Origin: an uncultured Acidobacteriota bacterium
GTDB lineage: Bacteria > Acidobacteriota > Thermoanaerobaculia > UBA5066
Length of the DNA stretch: 64,000 nt
Assembly: GCA_963779415.1 (NCBI GenBank)
Contig: CAVZYA010000002.1
Coordinates: forward strand, 1,376,001 to 1,440,000
Direction of reading: 5' to 3'
Within the stretch, counting starts at the first letter, position 1. Each line of letters opens with the position of its first letter. Of the stretch, positions 40,152-51,737 are shown piece after piece. Under the pieces are notes generated by a model that had not been told where the DNA came from, did not search any database, and was given only the letters and a program-made list of their open reading frames with translations. The position numbers were made by a program, and so were the translations under genes.

Positions 40152-42578
40152 ATGGCCGCCGTCACGCCCTCTCCGGTCCGGACGGCGCTCGAGAGGCGGA
40201 GGGACGAGTTCCTCGGCATCCTGATCGTTGCCGCGGGAGTCCTGCTTCTCGCGGCGCTCGTCTCGTATCACCCGCAGGACCCGTCGCTCTTCTCCTCGGT
40301 CCAGGACCCGACCGTCCACCCGAGCAACTGGGCCGGGCGCTTCGGCGCCTCCTTCTCGGACGGCGCTCTCCAGTTCTTCGGCCTCGCCGCGTTCGTCTTC
40401 CCGATCGTCCTTCTCGCCGCGGGCGTCCGGCGCTTCCGGTCGAAGGCTTCGCACTCCTGGGGCGCGCGCGGGGCGGGGCTCGTCCTGATCCTCCTCTCCG
40501 CCGCGCCGCTCGCGCATCTCGCGTTCGGCCGACCGCACCTTCTCGGCGGCGGCCTCGGCGCCGGGGGATACGTCGGGGACGTGATCGGCTCGTTCCTCGT
40601 GGCCGGGCTCAACGCGCCGGGAGCCGCGATCCTCCTCGTGTCGCTTCTCCTCATCGGCGGACTCCTCGCGACGTCGGTTTCGCTCGGCGACGGCGCCGGC
40701 CGGACGGCGCTTCGGCTCTCCGGCTGGTGGCGCGGCTGGCGGCTCGACCGGCAGCGCCGGAAGGAGCAGTCGAACAAGGAATCGCTTCGCCGCGAGGTCG
40801 TCAAGAAGCACCTCGAGCGGGCGAAGGAGGAGGCCGCACGTCCGGCCGAGAAGGTGAAGCCGGAGCCCGAGGGTGAAGTCGTCTTCATTCCGTCGGTCGC
40901 GACGCTCCGGGTCCGCGAGAAGACGGGGACGGGGCGCTTCTCCATCCGGAAGACGGTCACGGGGGCCGGCGAACCGCCCGAACCGACGCGCCCGGTGGCG
41001 CGCCCCGCGCAGCTGAAGAAGTCCGAGGCGCCGCAGCGCGTCCTCCCGTTCCCGTCGCCGAAGGAGTCGAACGGCTGGATCTTTCCGCCCGAGCGCCTCC
41101 TTCGCGCGGCGCCGAAGAGGGACCGCGAGCGCGACCGCGAGGAGTTCCGGCAGACGATGGAGCTGATCGCCTCGAAGTGCCTCGAGTTCGACGTCGAGGG
41201 GATCGTCGACACCTTCACGCCAGGGCCCGTCGTCACGACGTACGAGTTCAAGCCCTCGGCCGGGGTGAAGGTGGCGCAGGTCTCGAACCTCGAGAACGAC
41301 CTCGCCCTCGCCCTCGCCGCCGAGAAGGTCCGGATCGAGAGGATCCCGGGGCGGGCGGCCGTCGGCATCGAGGTGCCGAACCGGAACCGGGACGTCATCG
41401 CCCTCCGGGAGGTCATCGAGGGCGAGCGCTTCCGGAAATCTCCGTCGCTCCTGACGATCGCGCTCGGCCTCGACGTCCACGGCGAACCGGTCGTCGCCGA
41501 CCTCGTCCGGATGCCGCACCTTCTCGTGGCCGGGATGACGGGCGCCGGGAAGAGCGTCGGGATCAACGGCATGATCACGTCGATCCTCTTCAAGGCGCGG
41601 CCGGACGAGGTGAAGTTCATCTTCGTCGACCCGAAGATGAACGACATGAAGGACTACGAGGACCTGCCGCACCTTCTCGTCCCCGTCGTCACGGAGCCGA
41701 AGAAGGCGGCGAACGCCCTCAACTGGGCCGTCGAGGAGATGGAGGGGCGCTACCGGCTCCTCTCCGAGTGGCCGGGCGTCCGGAACATCGAGCAGTACAA
41801 CGCGGCGATCCGGGACCCGAAGGCGCTGGCCGAGGTGCGCGAGAAGATCGGCGAGGCGCTGAAGTCGGGGGCGGACGGCTCCATCGCTCCGATGCCCTAC
41901 ATCGTCATCGTCATCGACGAGCTGGCCGACTTGATGATGACGGCCCCGCGCGAGATCGAGGACTCGGTGGCCCGCCTTGCGCAGAAGGCGCGCGCCGTCG
42001 GGATCCACCTGATCCTCGCGACGCAGCGCCCCTCGGTGGACGTCATCACCGGGACGATCAAGGCGAACCTCCCGTGCCGGATCTCCTACACGACGCGGAC
42101 CCGGATCGACTCCCGGACGATCCTCGACCAGATGGGCGCCGAGCAGCTCCTCGGGCAGGGAGACATGCTCTTCCTCGCCCCCGGGACGTCGTACCTGATG
42201 CGGATCCACGGCGGGTTCGTCTCGGGAGACGAGATCAAGGAAATCTGCCGCTTTTTGAAGAAGCAGGGGAGGCCGATCTACGATGAGAGCGTCACGGCCG
42301 ACCGGGAGCCGGCTGGCGGCGCTGCGAACGGCGCCCGGGCCTCTTCCGACGACGCCGATCCGATGTACGACCAGGCGGCGCGGCTCGTCGTCCGAGAGCG
42401 GATGGCGTCGATCTCGTTCCTCCAGCGGCGGCTCGAGATCGGCTTTTCGCGCGCGGGAAAGCTCATCGACATGATGCAGCGCGACGGCATCGTCGGGCCG
42501 CCCGCCGGCGGCGCCAAGAGCCGCGACGTCCTCGTCCCCCCCGAATACTTCGAGGAGATCGACCGAAGCCGGCGGTAA
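40152..42578 (+). CDS. ftsK: DNA translocase FtsK
   Basis: 4TM N-domain, PHLLVAGMTGAGKS, IDELAD, ATQRPS, gamma domain. Confidence 0.96.
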   Translation: MAAVTPSPVRTALERRRDEFLGILIVAAGVLLLAALVSYHPQDPSLFSSVQDPTVHPSNWAGRFGASFSDGALQFFGLAAFVFPIVLLAAGVRRFRSKASHSWGARGAGLVLILLSAAPLAHLAFGRPHLLGGGLGAGGYVGDVIGSFLVAGLNAPGAAILLVSLLLIGGLLATSVSLGDGAGRTALRLSGWWRGWRLDRQRRKEQSNKESLRREVVKKHLERAKEEAARPAEKVKPEPEGEVVFIPSVATLRVREKTGTGRFSIRKTVTGAGEPPEPTRPVARPAQLKKSEAPQRVLPFPSPKESNGWIFPPERLLRAAPKRDRERDREEFRQTMELIASKCLEFDVEGIVDTFTPGPVVTTYEFKPSAGVKVAQVSNLENDLALALAAEKVRIERIPGRAAVGIEVPNRNRDVIALREVIEGERFRKSPSLLTIALGLDVHGEPVVADLVRMPHLLVAGMTGAGKSVGINGMITSILFKARPDEVKFIFVDPKMNDMKDYEDLPHLLVPVVTEPKKAANALNWAVEEMEGRYRLLSEWPGVRNIEQYNAAIRDPKALAEVREKIGEALKSGADGSIAPMPYIVIVIDELADLMMTAPREIEDSVARLAQKARAVGIHLILATQRPSVDVITGTIKANLPCRISYTTRTRIDSRTILDQMGAEQLLGQGDMLFLAPGTSYLMRIHGGFVSGDEIKEICRFLKKQGRPIYDESVTADREPAGGAANGARASSDDADPMYDQAARLVVRERMASISFLQRRLEIGFSRAGKLIDMMQRDGIVGPPAGGAKSRDVLVPPEYFEEIDRSRR

Positions 42579-42727
42579 CGGCTCGTTTCGCGACATCCGG
42601 ATCGAGGACGACGGCTACGACGCCTTTCTCGGCGACGGCGGTCTCTTCCTCGGAGGTGCGGCTTGGCCGCCCTGGATCCCGATGAGAATTGCAGCGAGAA
42701 TGCAGCCTGAGATCCCGTTCATGTTCT

Positions 42728-43177
42728 CTAGTCGGTCCGGTGCGGCAGTTCCAGGAGGCGGACGTCCTCGAGGTCCTTGGGCCGGCCGGAGGCGCGCTTC
42801 GAGGCGATGAGGTCCTCCCGCGAGGCCACGAAGAACTCCTGCCCCTGATAAGACATCGCAATCTTCCGCGCCCATGCGCCCTCGAAGGCGAGCCCCGGGG
42901 TGGAGGTCTGGACGTCGATCCGGACCCGGTCGCTGAAGACCGTGATCTCGCGCGAGAGAACGTCCTCCGGACTCGTGAGGGCGGTCGTCCCGAGGCCGGC
43001 CGCGGACAACGCCGCGAGCAGCCGCCTCGCATTCTCCGGAGTCGCCTCGATCAGGAGGTCGAGGTCGAACGTGGCACGCGGAACGCCGTGGGCGATCGCC
43101 GCGATCCCGCCGATCACGACGTACCTAACGTCGTGGGAGCGTAAGAACGCAAAGACGCTGAGAAGGCGTTTCAGCAT
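42728..43177 (-). CDS. Nucleotidyltransferase-superfamily protein (candidate TA component)
   Basis: VIGGIAAIAHGVPRATFDLD (GG...DxD), KRASGRPKD. Confidence 0.85.
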   Translation of the reverse strand: MLKRLLSVFAFLRSHDVRYVVIGGIAAIAHGVPRATFDLDLLIEATPENARRLLAALSAAGLGTTALTSPEDVLSREITVFSDRVRIDVQTSTPGLAFEGAWARKIAMSYQGQEFFVASREDLIASKRASGRPKDLEDVRLLELPHRTD

Positions 43178-43331
43178 CGGATCCGCGGATCAGCTCCGGG
43201 TTCTGCTCGAGCGCGAGCTCCGTGACCTCCTCGAAGAGCTCCAGCCTCTCCGGGACCGTGAGGCTCTGGAACCAGCGGGCCTTCGCCTCCGGCGTCTCCT
43301 CCTCCCGGTCGTGCGAGACGTGGGGCGTCAC
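43125..43331 (-). CDS. Small partner protein of the nucleotidyltransferase (candidate antitoxin)
   Basis: 68-aa helical ORF (EETPEAKARWFQSL..ERL) overlapping the NTase by 53 nt; GATAAT 6 nt upstream of the GTG. Confidence 0.65.
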   Translation of the reverse strand: MTPHVSHDREEETPEAKARWFQSLTVPERLELFEEVTELALEQNPELIRGSDAETPSQRLCVLTLPRR

Positions 43332-43338
43332 GCCGCCA

Positions 43339-46561
<3,223 letters not shown>

Positions 46562-46663
46562 TTACGCCGCGACACGCTCCTCCCTCTCCGCGCGGGAAGC
46601 GCTGCACATCCACATGGACATCTCCATGCCGATGAGGGTGGAAAGGGGAGCGATGGCGCTCAT
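46562..46663 (-). CDS. Met-rich leader peptide (MSAIAPLSTLIGMEMSMWMCSASRAEREERVAA)
   Basis: 33-codon ORF between promoter and terminator; Met at codons 13, 15, 17 and 19, then Cys; not in the ORF track. Confidence 0.78.
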   Translation of the reverse strand: MSAIAPLSTLIGMEMSMWMCSASRAEREERVAA

Positions 46664-46672
46664 GATCGACGG

Positions 46673-46701
46673 AAAGTAGACGCCGGGCGGAGCGTTGTCA
46701 A
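46673..46701 (-). promoter_or_regulatory. sigma70 promoter of the met leader/operon
   Basis: TTGACA (46701-46696), 17-nt spacer, TACTTT (46678-46673), 9 nt before the leader ATG. Confidence 0.8.
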
Positions 46702-46801
46702 GGAAATCCCGAGAAACTCACGATTCCGGTCCGAGGACCGGGTAGGAGGAGAACCTCTCCCCGCGCGGCGTCGGGCGCGTGGAGAGTCTGATGAGATGGA
46801 T

Positions 46802-46831
46802 TTCGGGGAACCCGGATTCGGGTTCCCCGAA
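46802..46831 (-). terminator. Hairpin downstream of HU
   Basis: Perfect 13-bp stem TTCGGGGAACCCG-GATT-CGGGTTCCCCGAA right after the HU stop; no clear U-tract. Confidence 0.6.
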
Positions 46832-46840
46832 CCCCTACCG

Positions 46841-47128
46841 CTACTTCTTGGCGCCGAGGATCGAGTCCTTGGCGGCCTTGGCGACGCGGAACTTCACGAC
46901 GCGCTTCGCCGGGATCTTGATCGCCTCTCCCGTCGCCGGGTTGCGACCCATGCGCGCCTTCCGGTTCACGAGCACGAGCTTGCCGAGGCCCGGCAACGTG
47001 AAGGAGTTCTTCGCCTGCTTGTAGGCGAGTCCCGCCAGCTCCTCGAGAAACTGCGCCGCGACCTTCTTCGTGGTCCCGGTCTTCTCCGCGAGGTGCTCGG
47101 CAATCTGAGATTTCGTAAGTCCAGCCAT
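46841..47128 (-). CDS. hup: HU family DNA-binding protein
   Basis: LPGLGKL, RKARMGRNPATGEAIKIPAK; AAGGA RBS. Confidence 0.95.
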   Translation of the reverse strand: MAGLTKSQIAEHLAEKTGTTKKVAAQFLEELAGLAYKQAKNSFTLPGLGKLVLVNRKARMGRNPATGEAIKIPAKRVVKFRVAKAAKDSILGAKK

Positions 47129-47248
47129 GGATTCGTCCTTTCGTTCGATTCGCTTGCCCGTAGGCTGGGAGATTCTATACACGATTTCCCGCGCTTTTCG
47201 AAGGAAATCGTGAAAGGGCGGTCCGCGGCGCCCGATAGACTCCGGCGG

Positions 47249-48262
47249 GTGCGGATCGTTTTCTTCGGATCACCCGCCTTCGCCGTGACGTCGCTCACGG
47301 CTCTTCTCGACGCGGGACACGAAATCGCACTGGTCGTCACGCAGAGCGCGAAGCCCGCCGGACGCTCGGGCGCTCCGGTGCCGCCGGCCGTCGCGCGCGT
47401 GGCCGCCGAACGTAGCCTTCCGATCTTTCAACCCGAGAGCCTGAAGGGGGACGAAGCCCCCCGGCGCCTCGCGGCAGCCGGCGCGGACCTCTTCGTCGTC
47501 GCGGCGTACGGGAAGATCCTCCGGCAGAAAGTCCTCGACCTGCCGCGTCTCGGCTGCGTGAACGTCCACGGCTCGCTCCTCCCGCGCTGGCGCGGTGCCT
47601 CTCCGGTGCAGGCGGCTCTCCTCGCGGGCGACGAAACGACGGGCGTCTCGATCATGAAGATGGACGCCGGGATGGACACCGGGCCCGTTTACGCGATGCG
47701 CGAGACGCCAATCCTCGAGACCGACGATTCGGAGACGCTCGGCGCGCGGCTCGCTTCTCTTGGTGCCGATGCGCTGATCGAGACGCTGAGTTTCTTAGAA
47801 GGTGAATCGGGCATAGATGGCTCGCCGAAGCCCCGCGGGACGGCCCGTGCGGAGGCGCCGGCAGTGAGCGCGCCTTCCAAGAAGATCTCTTTTCCTCCCA
47901 TCCCCCAGGACGATTCCGTCGCGACGTACTGCCCGAAGATCACGCGCGAGGACGGGGTCGTCGACTGGACCCGGCCGGCGATCGAGCTGGTTCGTCGAGA
48001 CCGCGCCTTCACTCCCTGGCCGGGCCTCTTCACCTTTCGAAGAAAGTCGCGCCTGAAGCTCTCGAGCCTGTCGCTCGTCGCAGGAGAGCCTTCCGGTCTG
48101 CCTCCGGGAACCGTCATTTCCGTCTCCCCGTCTCTCGTCGTCGCCTGCAGCGTCGGGGCAGTGGCGTTGGGTGCGCTGCAGGCGGAGGGGCGAAAGCGGC
48201 TTCCCGCGGCTGAGTTCGTCCGCGGAGAGCGGGTGGTCCCGGGCGAACTCTGGCCGTCATGA
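47249..48262 (+). CDS. fmt: Methionyl-tRNA formyltransferase, with a ~30-aa insertion
   Basis: VRIVFFGSPAFA, AAYGKIL, NVHGSLLPRWRGASP, MDTGP, TPWPG. Confidence 0.95.
   Translation: MRIVFFGSPAFAVTSLTALLDAGHEIALVVTQSAKPAGRSGAPVPPAVARVAAERSLPIFQPESLKGDEAPRRLAAAGADLFVVAAYGKILRQKVLDLPRLGCVNVHGSLLPRWRGASPVQAALLAGDETTGVSIMKMDAGMDTGPVYAMRETPILETDDSETLGARLASLGADALIETLSFLEGESGIDGSPKPRGTARAEAPAVSAPSKKISFPPIPQDDSVATYCPKITREDGVVDWTRPAIELVRRDRAFTPWPGLFTFRRKSRLKLSSLSLVAGEPSGLPPGTVISVSPSLVVACSVGAVALGALQAEGRKRLPAAEFVRGERVVPGELWPS
47792..47883. repeat. Palindromic element (MITE/RPE-like) inserted in frame in fmt
   Basis: Ends TTCTTAGAAGG / CCTTCCAAGAA (10/11 inverted match); internal hairpin; homologous pieces at 50910-50928 and 51015-51062. 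Confidence 0.65.
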
Positions 48263-49617
48263 CTCCGCCGGCGGGCCCGTCCGTCCGCTCGGTCCGGTCG
48301 CTCGCCCTCGGCATCCTCCTCCGTGTCGAGCGGGACGGCGCCCACGCGGCGCCGCTCCTCGACGCCCGCGGAGTCTCGCTCCCCCCTCGCGACCGCGATC
48401 TTCTTCGTGCCCTCGTGAAGCGGACGCTCCGGGGCGCCATCCGCCTCGACCACGTCCTCTCCCGGTCGTGCGGCCGCCCGGTCGCAAGCCTCGATGCCGA
48501 GATTCGCGCGGCGCTCCGGCTCGGGGCGGCGCAGCTTCTCCTCTTCGACCGGATCCCGACGCACGCGGCCGTCGGCGAGACGGTGGCGGCGGTGAAGGAG
48601 ATCGCTCCGCGAGGGGCCGGTCTCGTCAACGCGGTTCTCCGGCGCGTCGCCTCCTCGGAGGAGCGGCCCGGCCGGGTTCTCCTTCCGGAGAACGCCGATC
48701 CGGCGGCGCGCCTGGCTCTCGAGGTCTCGCACCCGGAATGGCTGGTCCGGCGGTGGATCTCGGACCTCGGGGAGCCGGCCGCGCGCGCCGCCCTCGCCGC
48801 GGACGAGATCGACGCGCCGATCGATCTCCTCGCCGACCCCCGTCTCGGGACGGTCGACGAGATCCGCGCGACGCTCTCCGCGGCCGGAATCGGGACCGAG
48901 CCCTCGCCCTGGGCGCCGCTCGCGCTCACCGTCATCGGAGGGGACGCGACGTCCCATCCGCTCGTCCGTTCGGGAGCGCTCGCGGTCGTCGACGCGGCGG
49001 CTCAGGCGATGATCGAGGCGTTGCCGCCTTCGGACCTCGCCCTCGACCTTGCCGCGGCGCCGGGAGGCAAGACGCGGACGCTCCTCGCGCGCGGTCTCGC
49101 AAAGCGGGTCATCGCCCTCGAGCGGACGGCGTCGCGCGCCTCGCGCCTCGCCACGAACCTCGAAGCCTCGGGACGGCGTCGCGAGGCCCTCGTCGTCCGG
49201 GCGGACGCCACCCGCCCCCCGCTTCCGGCCGGCCGGTTCGGCGCGATCCTCCTCGATGCTCCCTGCTCGGGGACGGGGACCCTCCGGAAGAATCCCGAGA
49301 TCAGGCTTCGTCTGCGGGAGGAGGATCTCTCCGGATTCGCGGCGCGCCAGCGCGCTCTCCTGAAAGCCGCTCTCCGACTCCTCGCGCCGGGCGGCACCCT
49401 CGCTTACGTCACCTGCTCGCTCGAGCCCGAGGAGAACGAAGAGGTCGTGGACGCCGTTCTTCGCGAGGCCCCGGGATCCTTCTGCGTGACGCCCGATCCC
49501 GGCCGGCTCCCGCCCCCTCTTGCGGCGTGTCTCCGGCCGTCGGGCCTCTTCCGCGTTCCGCCGGCGGAGACGAACGACGGCTTCTCGCTCCTCGTCGTCC
49601 GGCGCTCCCCGGGCTGA
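48259..49617 (+). CDS. rsmB: 16S rRNA m5C967 methyltransferase
   Basis: NusB-like N-domain, SHPEWL, AAPGGKT, LDAPCSGTG, TCSLEPEENE; follows fmt. Confidence 0.93.
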   Translation: MTPPAGPSVRSVRSLALGILLRVERDGAHAAPLLDARGVSLPPRDRDLLRALVKRTLRGAIRLDHVLSRSCGRPVASLDAEIRAALRLGAAQLLLFDRIPTHAAVGETVAAVKEIAPRGAGLVNAVLRRVASSEERPGRVLLPENADPAARLALEVSHPEWLVRRWISDLGEPAARAALAADEIDAPIDLLADPRLGTVDEIRATLSAAGIGTEPSPWAPLALTVIGGDATSHPLVRSGALAVVDAAAQAMIEALPPSDLALDLAAAPGGKTRTLLARGLAKRVIALERTASRASRLATNLEASGRRREALVVRADATRPPLPAGRFGAILLDAPCSGTGTLRKNPEIRLRLREEDLSGFAARQRALLKAALRLLAPGGTLAYVTCSLEPEENEEVVDAVLREAPGSFCVTPDPGRLPPPLAACLRPSGLFRVPPAETNDGFSLLVVRRSPG

Positions 49618-49648
49618 CTCGACGAAGAGGCGCTTATCATCGCGCGGC

Positions 49649-50353
49649 GTGATCCCGCTCCGCGACAACGTTCCCCGGCGGACCATTCCGTTCACCAATA
49701 ACCTGCTCCTTGCGGCGAATGTCTTCGTCTTCTTCCTCGAGATCACGCAAGGGGACGCTGGGGAAGCGTTCCTCGCGCGCTGGGCGTTCATCCCCGATCG
49801 TCTCTTTCACCCCGCCGCATGGGGGATGTCGCCGGGCGCGAGCTTCGTCACGATCTTCTCGGCGATGTTCCTCCACGCCGGCCTTCTCCACCTCGGCGGA
49901 AACCTCCTCTTTCTCTGGATCTTCGGGGACAACGTCGAGGACGCGCTGGGACACGTCCGGTATCTCTTCTTCTATCTCGCCTCGGGCCTCGCGGCGGCGG
50001 TGCTTCAGACGATCCTGAATCCCGCGTCGGCCGTCCCGAACATCGGCGCCTCGGGGGCGATCGCGGGGGTGCTCGGGGGTTACTTCGTCCTCTACCCGCG
50101 CGCCCGGGTCGTGACGCTCGTGCCGCTCTTCTTCCTCTTTCCGCTCATCGAGGTTCCCGCCGGCCTCTACCTCCTCTTCTGGTTCGTGATGCAGTTCTGG
50201 ATGGGCTCGGCGAACCTCGCGAGCGCCGGCCGGCACCCGGAGGCGGGGGGCGTCGCTTTCTGGGCCCACGTCGGCGGCTTCGTCGCGGGCGTGATCCTCG
50301 TCCTTCTCGTCCGTCCCCGGCGCCGCCCGGCGGCCCGCTACCGGATTCTCTGA
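49649..50353 (+). CDS. Rhomboid intramembrane serine protease
   Basis: MFLHAG, GDNVED, IGASGAIAG, AHVGGF. Confidence 0.92.
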   Translation: MIPLRDNVPRRTIPFTNNLLLAANVFVFFLEITQGDAGEAFLARWAFIPDRLFHPAAWGMSPGASFVTIFSAMFLHAGLLHLGGNLLFLWIFGDNVEDALGHVRYLFFYLASGLAAAVLQTILNPASAVPNIGASGAIAGVLGGYFVLYPRARVVTLVPLFFLFPLIEVPAGLYLLFWFVMQFWMGSANLASAGRHPEAGGVAFWAHVGGFVAGVILVLLVRPRRRPAARYRIL

Positions 50354-50361
50354 GCCACCCC

Positions 50362-51714
50362 ATGCGGCGCGCGGCATCACCCGGAGCCGGGACCGTCGTC
50401 GCGTGGAGCCTCTACGAGCTGGGGGCGACCGCGTTCGCGATGAATCTCCTCTCGCTTCACTTTCCGCTCGACATCGCGACGCGCTCTCCGCGCGGGAACG
50501 AGAAGTTCTCCGTCGTTTTCGGCCTCTCGATGGCGGCGGTCGCCGTCGCCGCCCCGTTCCTCGGGTCGCTCGCGGACGCGCACGGGAAGCGGCGGTTTCT
50601 CGTCCCGTTCGTCCTCGTGGGGGTCGCCGGAACCGCGCTCGTCGCCCTCCCCGCGCCGGTCGGCGTGACGCTCCTCGTCTTCGCGCTCGCCAACATCGCC
50701 TTCCAGTCGGCCTATGTCTTCTACAACGCCATGCTCCCGGACGTGGCGGCACCGGAGGCGCAGGGGCGCGTCTCCGGCTTCGGCGTCGCGGCGGGGTACG
50801 TCGGCTCCCTCCTCGCGATGTTCCTCGCCCTCCCGTTCGTCTCGGGAGAGATCCGGGCGAAGCTGCCGGTCGCATTCCAGTCGATCTGCGCCGCGATTTC
50901 GGTGAGCCCAGTTTCTTCGAATGTGAATGCGCCCTGGGTCCGGGCCAACGCGTATCTGCCGACGGCTTTCCTCTGGCTCGCCGCGGCCATCCCGCTCCTC
51001 TTCTTCGCACGACTGCCGAAACCTCGCGGCAGCGCCGGCAATGCCTCTCTACCTTCCAAGAAATCTTCTTCGTCGTCTTCGAAACTCTCCTCGGTCTCCT
51101 CGTCCTTTCGCGACGTGGTCGCCACGGTCCGGTCGCTGCCGTCGACCCCGTCGATCCTCTGGTACCTCGTCTCCTCGTTCCTCTACTTCGACGTCATCCA
51201 CACGGTCCAGATCCAGATGGCGACCTACTCGAAGTTCGCCGTCGGGATGTCGGACGGCGAGGTGCAGCTCTTCCTTCTCCTCTGCACGGCGGTCGCGGTC
51301 CTCGGCGGCCTCCTCTACGGGTTCCTCTGCCAGCGGGTGACGATCCGGACGGCGACGCTCGTGGCGCTCGTGAACTGGGCCGCCGTCTTCGTCCTTTCCC
51401 TCGTCGTCCGGGACCACCGGCTCTTCCTCGGCGTCGGGTTCCTCGCGGGGATCGGCCTCGGCGGCGTGAAGGTCACCTCCCGTCTGGCGCTCATCGCCCT
51501 CGTCCCGAAAGAGCGCCTGACGGAGTTCTTCGGCTTCTTCACGCTGGCGGGAGAGGCCGCTTCGGTCCTCGGCCCGCTCGTCTGGGCCGCCGTCCTCTCG
51601 CTCTTCCCGGACCGGAGCCCTTCGGGCTACCGGGCCGGGCTCTTCGTCCTTCTTGTCGTCCTTCTCGGCGCCATCGGAGCCTTCCGGAAAGTCCGGTTCC
51701 CGAGAGAAGCGTGA
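50362..51714 (+). CDS. MFS transporter (UMF1/Atg22-like)
   Basis: AWSLYE, APFLGSLAD, FYNAMLP, GRVSGFGVAAGYVGS, EFFGFF; multi-TM. Confidence 0.88.
   Translation: MRRAASPGAGTVVAWSLYELGATAFAMNLLSLHFPLDIATRSPRGNEKFSVVFGLSMAAVAVAAPFLGSLADAHGKRRFLVPFVLVGVAGTALVALPAPVGVTLLVFALANIAFQSAYVFYNAMLPDVAAPEAQGRVSGFGVAAGYVGSLLAMFLALPFVSGEIRAKLPVAFQSICAAISVSPVSSNVNAPWVRANAYLPTAFLWLAAAIPLLFFARLPKPRGSAGNASLPSKKSSSSSSKLSSVSSSFRDVVATVRSLPSTPSILWYLVSSFLYFDVIHTVQIQMATYSKFAVGMSDGEVQLFLLLCTAVAVLGGLLYGFLCQRVTIRTATLVALVNWAAVFVLSLVVRDHRLFLGVGFLAGIGLGGVKVTSRLALIALVPKERLTEFFGFFTLAGEAASVLGPLVWAAVLSLFPDRSPSGYRAGLFVLLVVLLGAIGAFRKVRFPREA
50910..51062. repeat. Degenerate fragments of the fmt-inserted element inside MFS loops
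   Basis: 50910-50928 matches 47789-47807 at 17/19; GCCGAA-CC-CGCGG, GCGCCGGCA-TG and CCTTCCAAGAA recur at 51015-51062. Confidence 0.55.
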
Positions 51715-51737
51715 GAGCGCGCTATCCTCGGGCCCTC

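Noticed and set aside
42615-42722. 35-aa signal-peptide-like ORF (MNGISGCILAAILIG...) after the NTase
   Set aside because: Too short and has no recognisable domain; it may be a truncated remnant but cannot be supported.
46703-46804. Hammerhead-like junction (CTGATGA at 46788-46794, GAAA, flanking hairpins, GAAATCC/GGATTTC closing pair)
   Set aside because: No NUH cleavage triplet between the stems and no C before GAAA; the closing arm also overlaps the HU hairpin.
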